A stretch of 64,000 bases of DNA from the human T2T-CHM13v2.0 reference genome, Homo sapiens (GCF_009914755.1 NC_060948.1); one strand, 5' to 3'; positions 41,997 to 59,778 are shown, counted from the first letter of the stretch. Program-made: numbers and translations. Notes: generated from the sequence alone by a model not told the origin.

Positions 41997-44900
41997 CCTA
42001 TGCGTTGGTTAAACTTTTTCCTTCTTCAGGTCCAAGCAAATGGGATTTCTGGGCATGTTAAAAAATGACCTTCTTTGATATTTGGGGTTTTGTAAAGACT
42101 GTTGCAGGGTCTAAAATGGCCTTTGTTTTATAGCTTATTTATAATGACTTCTAGCCCTTTTCTACCTTCTGGTTTGGGAAATAATGCCTCTGGTCAGAAA
42201 AAAAATAGTGCAATCCTTAATGTAAATACAGATGCATACAGTGGTTGTAGCCCAGCAACATTTCTCTGGACATCCCATACTTCTTAGTTAATATTAGTTT
42301 CCACTTAGTGGAGACAAAGAGTTTATCCTGCAGCCATTCATATGGAGGCTTCTATATAGGCCAAAATATCTCTACCTAGTAATAAAGTGGGACTTTCAGG
42401 AATTATTAAATTGGTATGGCTAAATAGAAGGTTGTTTCAACTATAACTAATGGGCTGAGAAAATATTCCATAAAGGACTTTTGCTGACACATCCATCATT
42501 GTCACATTATGGGAGGAGAGAAAGCCTAGATTGAAAAGCAGAACAAAGACACCCACTCCAGTTTTGAGAAGGAAGTCTACTTTCCTCCCTTCCACCTTCA
42601 GAATCACCCAAGGATTTTGAAGAGTTTGGAACCCAAAGACTATGGCAGCTGTTAGAGCTGGGGAATTGATCTCCAGGAACTCTCAGTCTTGCTGGACCAT
42701 TTGTGAGACTGGTCCTGGACTTAGTGGTGCATGCCTCATTAATCAGCACACCCTTCAGTGGTCACCACCACTGGTTGGAGAGTGTTGAGGTGGCTTTCTA
42801 TTGTTTTCTCAGCATTTCTTGGGAAAGTGTCCTGTCTTGCCACACTGATAGCAGTTAGCAGGTGCCACTCAGGGACTTGGATTTTTACAAAACTGTATTG
42901 CATTAGCTAGAGTCTCTGTTCTTCTTTTGTCTTTACTCTTCTTCTTTTGTGCCTCCTCATGTTTCCTATTGTAAAATCTGAAGTACCCACATTCAGGAGG
43001 CTCTTTACAGTGTTACTGAGATAAGAAAGCTAGCTTGGGTTAGGGAGGCAGCAAGGAAAGTGTCCCTGGAAAACCACCGTTCTGCAGGTTCATTTCTCAT
43101 TTACACGTAACACATAAGCAGCCTTAAAAAAATCAGTCTGCAGACACCAACAAGATAACTAACACAGAGGGTTGTATCTCAAGATCCGTATTGTCACAGA
43201 CAGAAGAATCTTCAGTCCATTCAGAGAAAAGTCTTGTGCAAACTCTGGCTCATTGTGATAAGAGAACCAGCCATGGCTCAAAAATACCCTTGTATTTGTG
43301 TAATCGGTTGGCTCCCAGGAAGTAGTTTCTTGTCCATTTTTTTTTTGGCATAAACACAGTGGGTCCTGGTGGCTTCTGGTTGGCACATTTGTTTCCTTTT
43401 GGACTGTGAGCCCAGCCTTTATAAATTACTGTTTTAGTTCCTGATTAAGCCTGGGCCAAATTTTTGACCCAAGCTTTTACGTCAGCTCCTGATAGGTCAT
43501 GGGATGAGCTGAGCAGCAGCTATAAATTATGACTACACCTCCTGATTATTTCTAGGCAGATTTCTTGGGTTAAGCTTTCGAATTATTCTCAGGCCAAGAC
43601 CCTGAGCCAAGTTAAATTGCATGGTCTTCAAAGCAGCCCATTGACTAAAAACATTTCTTTCTCTTGCTAGTTTGTAATAACCCTGAACCCCAACCTCATA
43701 GTGGGAAACACATTTGAGTCCTTCTTTTGATTGGCAGAGAGCTTTCTTCTTGTGCTTTTTTTTTCTTTAATCTCAACTTTGTTTCTCAGCTTCTTTTTTT
43801 TTTTATTAAAGGAAAGATCTTTGGGTATAATTACAGACAAAGGGATACTCTTACATCTGGGTGCATTGGTGAGACTGCAACATATATTGGTGCATTGGTG
43901 AGACTATACATATGTTTCTGCATGGGCTGTGAAGGAAACAATTCATCAGAATGGTAAAAATAGACTTTAAACTTCCAAATTCATTTCAAAAATGTTTTGT
44001 TTATTTCAAGACTTTTTTTCATAAAGAGCCTGGCAGTCACATGAGATGTAGAGGAGATCCCAGGGACACTAAAAGTTTCAGCTTGAGGCTACATCTCAGT
44101 GTTATCTGATTATCGTTAGACTAATTCTGGTCTGTGACAACTCGTCAGGCCATTAACACAAGGACTTCCCATTTTTATCTATTGAATTTAAAATTTTTCT
44201 TTTCACAGCTATAATATCTTTCATATTTTTTTTCTATGCAGCGTTGTGGGCATTTTTACAGCCTCGGTATACTAGGTATACAGGTTTGCTTAACACAGTT
44301 ACTCCTTGTCTCAGTAATTAGTAGTGTAATTTAAAAAGGTTTGTTTTTGTGATTTCTGTGAAACAAGGGGAATTCAAGATTTCACTATAAATTGTTACCT
44401 ATAAAAGGGCCTTTTTGTCCCTCAATAACAGATAATCGTGGCACTGTATGGGAGGGATTTGACTGCAAGTAAATACTCTTTCCTTTATGTGGAATTTTTT
44501 ACAAAGATATTATTTTCCTTCACATAAAAGTTACAAGAGACAAGTTAATTTTTGCCTGTTGGGGGGCATTTAGTGGAGACAACCTATCTAACCCAAAATC
44601 TCTCTTTCTAACTTTTGAATAAAGAGAATTTTGTGTCAGAAATTTTAACATAGCATTTCTAACCTTACATCACTCCCTCGTGAAATGAGATTTCTTTTCT
44701 ACCTGGAGCCTTGTGAATCCATTGTCCAAAACTTACAGTTTTGAAATTCTTTTCCCATTTACATTCTGTCATCAGTGATTAGCCCACATATCCTATCTTT
44801 AAACAGGCAGCCCCCACTATTAATTATTGGGAGAAAAACAATGTTAAAGAGCAGATTTTAGCCTCTTTGCTTTCACCATCTAATGAAGGGCCATTCAGCC

Positions 44901-46907
44901 ATTCAGTTTCTACAGTTTTAAGCCACCTGTTCTGCATTGCAATAATTTTGGATTTAAAATGTTTGAAAGTCAATCTGTCTCATTCTCTGAGATTCTGATG
45001 TTTCACTGGGAACATAGTTACCAAAGCCAAAGTTAGTATGAAGACATTTCCTCTATTAAAATGTCTAGAACAAATTTTACTACTACATAACATTTGCAAG
45101 GCCTCTGGGGTAACTTTCAAGCCTTTGGGGTCCAGTGGGTCTAGGACAAAAGGAGGGCAGAAAGCTACAGCTTTGCACAGGTGAGTGTGGCTAGTGCTTC
45201 TGACTAGCTCCTCCAGATATATGTGTAAAAGCTATGCTTGCATTTCTGAGCAGCACCTATTACAGTTTTGGGGGCACAGATGAGACAAAGGAAAAAGATG
45301 AAAAAGGATACTGTAACACTTTCTATTTATCCTGTGTAACACCAAAAGGAGGAAGTCATCTGAATGACACCTTGTTTACCCTCTGTCTCTAGATGGCAAC
45401 AAAACATCTGTAGACTGCACTCCCCTTGAGTGCACTTGGGAGCACTGGGACTCCATTGACCTTGAGTCTCTAAATTTATAAACAATAATAATGATATTCA
45501 ACTGGCAACAAGGTGGCCATGTGGCCATGTTCCTGATAGGAGGACAGGTCTTCTCAAAGAAGCATAATTTCAATAATATCTAACAGCTAGGTCCTTTTGC
45601 TCTTCAAAAAAACCCTAGATTTTGTAAACATTGTAAAATTACCCCTGTGCCTTTGGGAACCATACAAGGTAAGTCTACAATACATAATTTTCCAAAGTCA
45701 AAGAGAGAAATCTCTAGAGAACTGTCAAATGCAATTTCTGAGTGCCCTATCTGACTCCTTTAACTGGGACTCAGAATAGTTGTATAAAAACACCTCTGGT
45801 TGTGCAAGCCCAGGAAAATTCCAACTTTACTGGTGCCCCTATAACAAATGCACAATGAATATGGTGCTACTAAGGTTTAAATTTCCTTCTCATTACAGTA
45901 AACTTATATACATAAAGCTGGACTTAAGACAGTTCCCTGATGAACCTGATAGACATGCACAGGCTTTCCAACATTTAAATCAGCTGTTTCCTCTTATGTG
46001 CAGAAATGCAGTGCAACTTTTAAGCCACATTTCAACTACTGCGGAAAAACAGGCAGCAGTACAGACAGCAAAGGAATTTGAAGATGAACAACTGACATCC
46101 TATAGTCAGTCAGAAAATAAACAGAAGCGAAAGATGAAAATGGATGAGTAAAGAAGACAGAATTACTATTTCCAATAGAAAGAAAAACAGTGCTGTTTGA
46201 AAACCCCAAATGAAGCCTTGGTAAACCTACAGATGAATAGAAATGAAAAACACTTTCTACTGTGCATATTATCAGGCTTCGAAAGAACCAGAACAAGACT
46301 TCTTAATTACTCTGAACTGTTCTTGTTGAAATCACAAACTAGAAAAAAACTCACAGATTCTTTGGAATGGCTGAGAGAAGCTTTAGCAATACATGTGTCT
46401 CCATCTCCTAATTTAATTAAGGGATACACAATTTTAAAATATTACTTTATTTCTCAGCCATCCTCTAATATCAGAACAAAACTACAGAAGCAGGCTGTGG
46501 GATCAGATAGCACTTTGAAAGACTTTCTGGGGTGGCTTTTATCTTTTAAAACAAGAACTGGGGAGAGGAGACCTAGAAAGAAGAGGGGAGTCGCAAGAGA
46601 ATGAAAGAGGCATTACTGGCCTCTTCACAGGCCTACAAGAGCCGGAATCTCCAAGAGGCACCTGCTGATTTCTACTAGTGTGACAAGCTAGGACACTTTC
46701 AAATGAATTGCTCAGGCAGAAAAAGAATATATCTCAACTTTGTCCAGCCTGTGGGGGAGACCAGTGAAAGTAGAAGTGTTCCCAGAGCCATAGGTCACCA
46801 GGTCCAGTGTGTATTTCCCAGATTGTTCAGCAGGAATAATGGCTCCCCAGCTCTACAAGCCATTGTGATCTACAGGATTCAAGTAATTCTGGAGGTAAAA
46901 TGGAAAT

Positions 46908-46909
<2 letters not shown>

Positions 46910-46945
<36 letters not shown>
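46910..46945 (+). repeat. (AAC)12 microsatellite within the ERV protease remnant
   Basis: 12 perfect units just before FLNSRAYFSLL, a decayed LDTGA site. Confidence 0.95.
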
Positions 46946-46946
<1 letters not shown>

Positions 46947-47013
46947 TTTTTCTAAATTCTAGAGCCTATTTCTCTCTTCTTCTCTCCAATCCAGGGTTCT
47001 CCTCCTCCAATAG

Positions 47014-49329
<2,316 letters not shown>

Positions 49330-50543
49330 ATAGCAAGATTGTGATGGGCTTCCTGGGAATGCGCTAATGCTCTGCTAAACTATCTGACAAAAATTAAAAA
49401 TAAAAAGACTATTGGGTCTCAACATCTAAAGCTCAGCTCTCTCAGACTTCAGTACAGTAGCTGGATCTGGTCTTATCAGAAGAGACCAATGTACAAGGTC
49501 ATGAAACAATTCAGCCCATTTTTCTTAACAGTTAAGAATATTCTTGGGCAGTACTTGATTTTTCAGATGGCAGGTACCTCCGTACAGAGAATTAGCTCGT
49601 CTTTTATACCACCTCATAGAAGAAACTAAAGCAGATAAAACTCATGTTTAACTTAATAACCTGGTACTCAAAAAAATTTAACCAGTTAAACAAACCTTAC
49701 TTAAAGCAGAAGCCCTCAGTTTTTTCATAGTAAAGGCACTTAATCTCCATGTATCAGAAATAGAGAAAGCAGACGTTGAAATTACGGATGAGGCTCGAGG
49801 TCCAGATCAACATCCAGTGGTTTACCTAAGGAAGAAATTTAGCTTGGTTTCTAAAAAAAAAAAAATGGGCAACTTACCACTGAGCAGCTGCATCAGTGAT
49901 ATTGTTGGTGCCAGAAACCATCAGGTTAACCATGAAAATGACATATCTGTTTCTACACCACATAGCATAGCAGTACTGTGTTTCCTTAAAAAAGTCTCTT
50001 GCGAACTGACAGTCACCTCCTTAAATATCAAGCTTTGCTATTGAAGGGATCTGCAGCCCATTTGAAAGCCTGTACTTGCCTGAATCCAGCAGCTTTCTGT
50101 CAGGGGAAAGTTGAGTTGTTGAACCTGATTGTGAACACATAGTGGTGTAAACCGGTGAAATAAATAATAGACACTTCTCTTGATATTCTCTGTAAAGTTA
50201 AATTAATGAAAACACTCTTAGAAAGCAATTGGATTAATTAAAAATGGAGATTTATGCTATACATGTATTCAAGACGTTCATGATTTTCTCCTCATAAACC
50301 TTGTTTCCTTGAAAATGTTTTTTCTTTCAGTCGACTAAGTTACCTTTCTCCACTCAATCTTGACACTTTTGGTGAATGCATAAAAGGTTCTTGGATAAAA
50401 GCTGATGGTCAGGGACATCTTGAGGCTAACAGAAGAGACACCATCAATCGTCTTTTATGAGAAATCTGCATTTCTTATGTAGCTCTTGGAATTAGAAGTG
50501 AATAATACCTCTGAAAATGAAAGGCTGTCTCTTCCAGCTCTGC

Positions 50544-50839
50544 TTTTTTTTTTTTTTTTTTTTTTTTTTTGAGGCGTGGTCTCACTCTGTCACCAGGCGG
50601 GAGTGCAGCAGTACACCCTTGAATCATTGCAACCTCTGCCTCCTGGGTTCAAACGGCTCTCCTTTCCTTAGCCCCCAATTAGATGAGACTAAAAGTGCAC
50701 ACAAACATGCCCAGCTAATTTCTATATTTTTAGTAGAGATGGGGTTTCACCATTTTGGCCATGATCTCTTGACTTCTTGATCCCCAAACATGGGCCCCCC
50801 AAAGTGCTGGGATTACAGGTGTGAGTCACCATGCCCAGC
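50544..50839 (-). mobile_element. Alu (AluS-like)
   Basis: Poly-T plus reverse Alu body. Confidence 0.85.
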
Positions 50840-53800
50840 ATCAGTGAGGCTTTTTTTATTAGGCCCTGGAAACTATTCATAGCCCGTTTCTTAAAGGGCC
50901 ACAGCAAGAGGTCAATAATCCAATTGGAAAATTAGTAAAATAAAATTTTATGACTCCTGGAACTTCTGTTTTCTCTGTGTTTACATATGTGTTATGTATA
51001 TATTTTAAAAATCTAATTAATTAACTTAGTGAAGAATAGGTAGTTGAACTAAATATTTTGCTTCCAAAGAAATGAAGGCTGTTGTACTTCTCAGTTCATG
51101 TGACTTTAACTTATGAAAAACGAAAGCCACCGAAGGCCTGAAGATGTATAAAAATAACCACTCCTTTAACTATGCTGTAATAAATCATACTTTACCTGCA
51201 CCCAGCCCGTAATTTTATAAACTCACCAGGTTTTATAGTCAAGTTATTAATTGTTAAAAGATATTACTATAATGTGTAATTGAGAATACTGTATATAAAT
51301 TTAATTGCCAGGTGTGGTAGAAGAGTAAAATGTGTTTGTAGTGAGAATAAATTATAGAAAGGCATGGAAATGTACATTTTGCCTAGAGTTAAAGAATTTT
51401 CTTTAATTAACTAAAATAAAGCTGTTTACACAAATTGTGAGAAATACTGCAAAAAAATTAATCTTGCAAAAGAAAACCCTGTGAACCTACTAACTAGATT
51501 GAAAAGGGTATTATGTTTATTTCTGCCATTAAGCATTGAAGTGAAAACACAACAAAAATTTCTTGAAACATTAATCTTCTCTTTAGCAAATTTGTAAAAG
51601 TTTGTTAAAATGTTGTAATAAGTTTGTGAAAATTCACTTCTTTGTCAAACTTTCTAAGGTTAAAATAATTTTACATAAGGTTTCATTAAGCTTAGGGTTA
51701 ACATTAGGAGACAACTACAAGGGGAAAATTTGTCCTTCTGAAAGAGATTATCATGTAATATTGAAGGCTGATAAAAGTGTTTCTGCCCTTTCAAACATTT
51801 CTACCAACTGTATTTTGGCAAAACAAATGATTTATGGAAATCTGGAATTGGATTTCATAACATTAAGTGTCTTAATCCTCTAAAATATTTGGCAGGCTTC
51901 CCAGAATAAAATTTTAACTTCAAGGATGTATTTTCTGAACCCTATATTTTGGATGCCTCAGAGAGCCCCTGGGGCATAAAAGAAAAAGTTAAACAGGATT
52001 ATAAAACACATTTAAATACATGTGATTTTGATGGTAATATTTTATTTTTTTCAGAATATATTTTAGTGGGTAACATTAACACAGGGCTCAAAACCACATG
52101 AGGTTTTTAATGTTCTTAATATCTGAATACGTGCTACCATTTTTATTTAAAGTTATTATGTTAAGCTATTGTAAACCACGGAAGTAACCAAATGTCTTTG
52201 CCTATGCTGTTTCTAACCACACTAGACATTTTGTCATTTACAGACATTTAATCTTCATCAAGAATAACGACTTATAATTAGCTGTAGAACTGTACCAGCT
52301 GTTCTCAACTGTAGGTTTTTTTATAACAGGAAAATGTACAGAACTTAGGAATAGCTAAAATGCTTATAAATGTCAAGCAGGACAAATGTTAAAATAGACT
52401 AAACTAACAGAAGAATGAAACAATCTCTTTACCTTTAGAATATTTCTAATTCTTGTTTTGTTTTTTAAAGTCAAGTGCACTTTTTTTTAAACTAGCTACA
52501 GCTTTTAAAACTGTCAATTGGTATACTCCTGTTAGCAAAACTCAAAACATGCTTTTTTTCTCTGTGCCTAGTTCCTCTAAAATTCGGAAAGTATGTGTGA
52601 TTATTCTTAACTTACAACAATATAATCGTTTTACTCAGTGCAACAAAAATGTACTTTCATTTGCAGCATAACCCAATAGAATAAGCGGGTTGATTTCCAA
52701 AGGCTTTGACTGGAAGAGTGTGCCTTCTTTAATGACTTACATCTGACTTCTAGAACCAATAAAAGCCCTCTAAGAAACGCAGCCTTATACTTTGTTTACA
52801 CAGTCCCAATACAGGTTTTCTAATCTGCAGTAAGAGAAAAAAAAAAAGCCACTTTCTATCAGGCCTAGGAACCACATGCACTTGGAATCTCAAAACAATA
52901 GAGGAGTTTATCCAAATAATATGTATCCAAGGGTCAAACCTATAGTTGGACTCAGCTTTATAATGTCCTATTTAAGATTCCTTGTAGAATAGAGATTCAT
53001 AAAAGCCCATGAGGAAAGCACATGTAAAGGTATTTCTCACAGCACTGTACAAAAATATTCTGGCTAAGTGTAGGACAAGTCTGTTTTGCCAACAACTAAC
53101 TTTTGTCATAATTCGTTCTTAACAAAAATTAGGACTAAAACAAGATAGAGGTCTCACAGCCTATCACACCTCTATCACTAACTTCTCATCTCATACGTTG
53201 TTTTTAAGATGTTTGTACAATATTAATTAACCTTTTTTTTTTTTTCTGTGAACCAACTGGTGAGGTCCAGCTACCGTTCTTGGAAAACAGAAAGATATGA
53301 GTAATAGATAAATCTAGAACAATATTCTAATTCTGGGAACTCATTCCACAAATATTTGCAGGTCATAAAAGAAAATAGGGTTTCTGTAACAGAATTTTTG
53401 TTTCAAAGGATCAAATCAAGAAAGCTAAATAAATCCAAGTCTCATGTAACAAAATCTTAACAGGTGTAAATATAGCCACAGTTACACGGGCACGTCAGCA
53501 GCCTTGAAGTATTTCAGCTGTTCTTACTCTCCTTGTCTAGTTGTGATATGCTTTTTCTAATAATCCAAACTGGTTTTCTTTTTGTGCCTAAAGTCTATCA
53601 CACTTTAAAACGTAATGCAAATAAAACCATGCATTAACAGGCCTTTCTTCTACAAACAGTTAAACCAACCCTCAGTAGATCCTACATACTGTTTTCTACA
53701 CAACACTCTTCTCCAGCAGAAAGTATCCAGAAAGACCAATGCCCAATCTCCTAACAGAAGTTAGAGTTTTCATTTCTGAGGGAGGACAAAGACAACTTAA

Positions 53801-56800
53801 CCAGCTTTTCCCATGTAAACAGCAAGGAATGGGTTCCTGGAAGACCTCCAGTAAACAAGTAAGGGCCTGATTCCAACATAACATAATAACCAGGCCAAAA
53901 AAAACGTGTGTGTACCAGTAAGAGATTTAACACAGAAGGTTGTGCCTGACAGCATGGCTGCAGCAACACAGATAACAGAACCTTCAGTCCATTCAGATAA
54001 AATCTTGTACAAACCTCCCACTGATTCAGATGGGGAACCAATGCCTGGCATAGGCTTGTTGTTTTCTGTATACACAGAGGGCTTTCAGAAAATAAAGTTG
54101 TTTTTTGTTTTGTTTTGTTTTTTTTTTGTGGGCATAAACGCAGTGGGATCTAGCGGGTATTGGATGAAATATTTATTTTTGTATTTCACTGGTTGCTCAA
54201 CCCATATGAATCATCACTTCAGTCCCTGACTGGTCCTGAGCCAGCATCCCAGAACAAGCTTTTACTTTAGGTCCTGTACCAAGCTAAGCAGTCTTTGCAA
54301 ATTACCACTTCAGACTGCTCCCAGGCAAAGTGCCTGGGCTAAGCTGTCTAATAGGTCCTGGGCCAGGGCAAAGCTAAGTCACCCATTCTCCAAGACAGCT
54401 TGCAAACTAAGTATATATCTTTATTTTTTAGGCCATAAAAACCTTAAACCCCAGTGGACAACTTATTCAAGCTTCTATCTCTGCTGGCAGAGAGCTGCTT
54501 TTGCCACTTATTTAAACTTTTGCTCCAAACAGTTTCCTTTGTCTACAGTCCTTAATCTTCTTAAATGTAAAATAAAAGACTCTTAGTGTAATCTCAAATG
54601 AAAGAAAGGCTGTTATGTCTTGGTGCATTGTTAAAAGAACAATATTATCTGAACCTATGACACATTTTTGCAGTTTTCTTTTGATGTCAGGGTCTGCTTG
54701 AGTAATAAACTTTTCTCTTAAGATTAACTTTATCTTAACCCAATAGGGAGATAGGAACATGTGTTTCACTAAAGCCTCTCTCAGGATTTTAAAAAAGGCT
54801 CTATAATTTTTCTGTGGTTTTAACCTATTATGAATAGTTTAGAGTAATTATGAAGTTTTGTCCTGTTCACTTATAAGCCTTCCAGTAGGCTCACTAATTT
54901 TTTTTTTCACTCCTCTATAGGACCAATAAGATTCCAATCGAGTTTTCAGCACTCCGTCCTTTCCTATTACGAATAAGAATTCTGTTATCAGTTCAACTTT
55001 TTTTATTCCTTTTCACCCTCCCTTTTTCAAGATTTTATAAAAGACATGTGGTTCATCCATGGATAACTCTGCTCTCTGTAAAGCTGCCTGCTTTAGGGCA
55101 ACAGTTAGGGTTTGGTTTAGCAGTAATGTATCATCTATTCAGGCATGATTGAACACTTGAGTTAGATTTTGAAATATCTCTGTATATCCACCAGGGTCGT
55201 CAGAGGACATTTGCTTATCTTTTTCATTTCTTTGTCTAAGTCTTTGCAATGAGAAGAAAACTTCTGCTATACTAGTATCACATCTATGGAGTATTTTCCA
55301 CAGGGGCAACAGTGAGGTTGGGTTTTCTTTAGTGGCACAACAAGACAAGATGATGAAATGGCTATTGGAGCTTCTAAATGAGGGTGGCAGGTATGACATT
55401 TAGAAGATACATTTGAGGGTTCCTCAGGGGCTTGTCTCTGACTTTAATGAATTATCTCTTTGGAACTTGCCTGTTATGACTGACAAGAGGGCAGAGTCAG
55501 TTTTACAATACTTAGAAAGATCTGGGTTGTCTCCCACGTCAAAGTAAGGTTGTCCAAAAAAGAAAAAAAAAATCATACTCTTTTCTTTGCCATCTGAAGA
55601 AAAGATATACCTGTTGAATAGTACTAAAGCGAACACTTCCCTCAGAAAGCTAGGCATGTCTGTCCTGGAGCTGGTAGGGCTGTCATGCCCTTGAGCAATA
55701 AATACATAAATAAGCCACTTTCATTTTTCAGAGTCTCACAGTCAGTGAAATTTCTGTGTTTCAGAATGTAATCTAGAGAGGTGCGTACTGCAGACAGTTT
55801 GTGAAGTTTCTAAAGAAATATATAAAAAAAATTCCTATTCTCTTTTTCCCCCTTTTGAAATAGCCCTGACTGAATAAAAAGATAGGATATTCCTTGTTTT
55901 TGCATTCCTCTTGTCTTTTCTGAGTCTGGTGACTGACATAGGTGTCCCCCATGGATGGAAGCTAAACCTTCACCCACAGTTCTAGAGGATCTAGACAGCA
56001 GGACAAGTAACATTTTCCTGCAGAGGCTTTAGCTCTCTACTGGTGACTCTTTGTTGATTTCTTAAGCCTACTCAACCCAGAAGATACCCAGAGTAACTTG
56101 GGAGCCTAAAAAAAAGATTATATAGTCATTGGATTCTAGCAAGACACTTGTATAGAGTAAGAATTTTAATACTATTTGTGGCTTCCCTTGCTATGGCCTA
56201 GAAAAAATACTGAAATTGCAGGAAATAAGATAGATTGAGTTGAAACATAAAATTCTCCGTTAGTTTAAATGTCAGTGCTGCTGGAGGAAGAAGGTGTGCC
56301 TCAAAGCAAGTAAAGCTTGTATGGCTGGCTTTCATAAGACAGCACTTAGCTAAAATATGTCTCTCAAAGACACCTTCTTTCTGATTATTGAAAGTGGAAA
56401 TTTTCTGTTTACTGATAGGGCACAGAGTTAGAGAGATATAACAGAGAGAGGAATTAAAATCCAAGGGTTTTGTGCAAAGTACTGACAAGCCTTCCCCAAG
56501 AGAAAAACCTCATTTTACTAGGTTGCATTTTAAGATCTCAGATATTCCATGAAAATGCTGAATTCCAGGTTTATATAGTCAAAACTTAGAAAAGGAAGGT
56601 TAACGCTCTATCGCCTGTCCCCACAGTATGTGTCTCTGCAGAAAAAAGAAGATGTGTCTCACAAAGAAACTGTTTAGATATATATGGCTGTGCTGAGCTT
56701 TTTAAAGAGAAGTCACCCGCCAAACAGGGAAAATTTATTGGAATGTATGTCATTCCCAACAGTGTCATGAATGTCTATCATCGGCGGACAAAAAGACCCT

Positions 56801-57465
56801 TATCCAATAAAAATTTTTAGACCACAATTTTGAATTCTTCCTCTTTTGAAAGAAAAAAAAAAAACACAAAATAGCAACTCTTTGAGTTATATTTCTACTG
56901 ACTGACTTTTACCAGTAAGCTTGTATCTCCAGGTCTCAACATTGCATACAAAGAAGAAATAGGAGGGACATTAGCCACACAATGACAAAAAACAAATAAA
57001 TAAAATGCCACAGAAAAGCCTGGAATTTTTGGTGGCAACACTCTGATGGGCTGTCAGAAACTGGAGTTAGTTTTGAGGCCTTCACGTAACACCGTGGTAT
57101 AGCCTTAACCAGAAATCTTCAATTAACTTAGATATCCTTTCAGTCCTATGTGACAGCTGGATCCTCTCTGAAAGAAAACAGTTGGAACAGAGGCAACATT
57201 TTCAACAGCGGAGGGTGAAAGGAGACTGCCAATGTGTCTCCCAGCATCCCTTTCTCCTAAGCTTTGTAAGAATGGCAGGCAATCCATCGGATTTTACCTG
57301 GCACTGGCCCAGAGCTTTGTTTGCTCTTCAGAAATTAAAAAAAAAGAAAAAAACAAATAACAAAAACAAACAAACAAAAACTGAGAACAAGCTGCAGATA
57401 TGAAAGCAAATAGAGGACAAGCTGAAGATATGAATGTAAATAGTTTGGAATGGCACCCCTACTCC

Positions 57466-57757
57466 CTTTTTTTTTCTAATGGATTCTCTGTCACTTAAAC
57501 TGGAGTCCAGTTGCATGATCTTGGCTAACTGCAAGCTCCATTTCCCGGGTTTATGCCATTCTCCTGCCTTAGCCTACCAAGCAGCTGTCACTAAAGCTGC
57601 CCACCACCACACCCTGCTAATATTTTGTATTTTTGGTAGACTTCATGAGGGCTTCACCATGTTAGCCAGGATGATCTCCATCTTGATCTCCTCCTGATCT
57701 TCCCACATTGGCCACCCAAAGTGCTGCGATAACAGTCATGAGCCACCATGCCCAGCC
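57466..57757 (-). mobile_element. Alu (AluY/Sc-like, diverged)
   Basis: CTGCAAGCTCC...GCCATTCTCCTGCC...GTTAGCCAGGATG. Confidence 0.85.
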
Positions 57758-58573
57758 CCTACTGACCTTTTTAATTAAGGCCTTTCCAAGTCCATGAACC
57801 AAAAACAAACTTTGCTGTCCCCCAGTGAACCACAATGTATCAGTCTCTCATTTTTAGGTGACACACAGATCTTTTTAATCTCAAGAAAATTAAAAATTAG
57901 GAATGCAAAAGGTGAGATGATAGTAAATGTTTAACATGTTAACTTCTGGTGGAGTAGAGTCAGTTGCCCACTTTGAGAAAGAGTCTGATATTTTTATGGA
58001 CTCAGAAGGAAGAAAAGGTACTAACTAGTTTTGAAGAAAGCACTTCTCATCTTTTCTGGGTCCTTGTGCCTGGAACTATTAATGGCGGATGTAATGACTC
58101 AGCTTGGCTCAGGAACTTGGCCCTGAGCCACACAAGAGCTAAAGGGAAAGCATGGCCCAGGACCTTGGCCTGGGACCAGAGTCTTAAATGATAATTTACA
58201 GAAATTTGGCTCGGAGTCTGAAGTATGTTTAGTAATATAAGGTACCCTTTGTAACACATTGGAGTCCAATATGTACAAGTTCTAAAAAAGAGAGAGACTA
58301 TTTCCTGGAAGCACTCTGGTTACACAAAAGACACAACATTTTAATGCGGGGTCTTGTTTGTTTTTTTTTTTTTTTAATCTGAGTAGCTGTGGGCATGTCT
58401 TAAGCACACACACACAAAAAGTTGGGCTTTTTTTAAAAAAAAATTATTTGCTTGGGCCACAGGATTGTGCAGGATTCTTAAATTTGTGTCTGCAGCCTGA
58501 TATTTCAGGCTGTTTCTCTGCTTGCAGAAATTTTACCAATAATCCACCACAACTATGTAGCTTTTCTTTGTCA

Positions 58574-59280
58574 ATACTATTGAAGACCTAGATAGTTTCT
58601 GAGAGTCAAAGGCACATTGTTTGAAGTTTCCTATGTGCAAGGCTTTTTGCCCTGTGAAACCACCCACATCTTTGTAAATACTGTAAAATTGTTCCTGCTT
58701 TCTTAGCAGTCATATCAGAAAAGCCCACAAGAAACAACTCCCAAACGTCAGAGAAACATTCTCCCTGGAAACACTCAAAACCACATTTGTTACCACAGGT
58801 TTTCTCATCTTCTTGATGCAGAGAATCTTTTAGTCACATCATCATCAGCTTTTCCAGTTTTTACATCCAACCCTCCACGTTCCTTACTACCCCTATAGGA
58901 AATGCCCAATGAATGAGGTGCCAGTAAAGTGCAAGTTTCTTTTTCATTACAGTACCTTAAACAAATAAAGTAAGACCTGGGGAAGTTTTCTGATACATCA
59001 ATAAATATATAGAGCCTTTCTAATATCTAGCCCTTTTTTTGGTCTTAAATGGGAAGATGTTACCTTATTGCTGAGCCAAAATCTTACTGCTTCTGACAAA
59101 TAGCCCTACAGTCAACAGAAAGATGCTGGGCCAAGATGCATTTCTTCTATAGCATGTCATAGTAAATAAAAAGCAGTCAAAGAGAGAAAGAGTGAAGAAA
59201 AGACAAGATGCTAATTTCCAGTAGAAAGAGAGACAGAGCCCTTTGAAAACCCTAATTTAAGTCATAGTGATCCCATAGAT
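58574..59280 (+). mobile_element. Class I ERV gag remnant
   Basis: VQVSFSLQYLKQIK*DLGKFSD motif at ~58928-58995. Confidence 0.7.
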
Positions 59281-59329
59281 AAGAAAAAAAAAAAAGAAAA
59301 AAGGAAAAAGAAAGCAGGACATTGGCCCT

Positions 59330-59778
59330 TTAGATACCCCAGCTCTAAACCTTTCCCATGCCAGGGCTAGGATGACGTCCTTGGGTCTTTGCATTCTCTG
59401 GCATTTCTTCTTTTGTGGATGCCACTGCATTCTTCAGTGCCTGCAGAAGAGAAAGCTTGTGGTATGCCTGATTCACCTAAAGGTTTTCAGGGAGCTGTCA
59501 CCTGTACCAGCACCTGACCTGCTTACCTCATCACAGATAACAGGCAAAGCTGTGTGCAGTGGCTGGACTGAACCAACACTCACTCATGTATCTGCCTCCA
59601 GTCTGTGCCTGGTGCATCCATAGCAAAATGAAACCTAAGCCCATAGTTTGAGCTGAGTGCAGCCTGTAAGATGGGTTTGTAAAATTAGAAAAGCAGGCTC
59701 AAGGGAACCTTGCACAAAGGTGCCATCATCCAGAGAGGTTCTTGGCTGGTGAAGTGACACACTAGAGATCTTGTGACA
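59330..59778 (+). mobile_element. ERV1 LTR 3' part (MER52/LTR1-like)
   Basis: Ends CAAAGGTGCCA...AGAGGTT...GGCTGGTGAAGTGACAC...GATCTTGTGACA. Confidence 0.55.
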
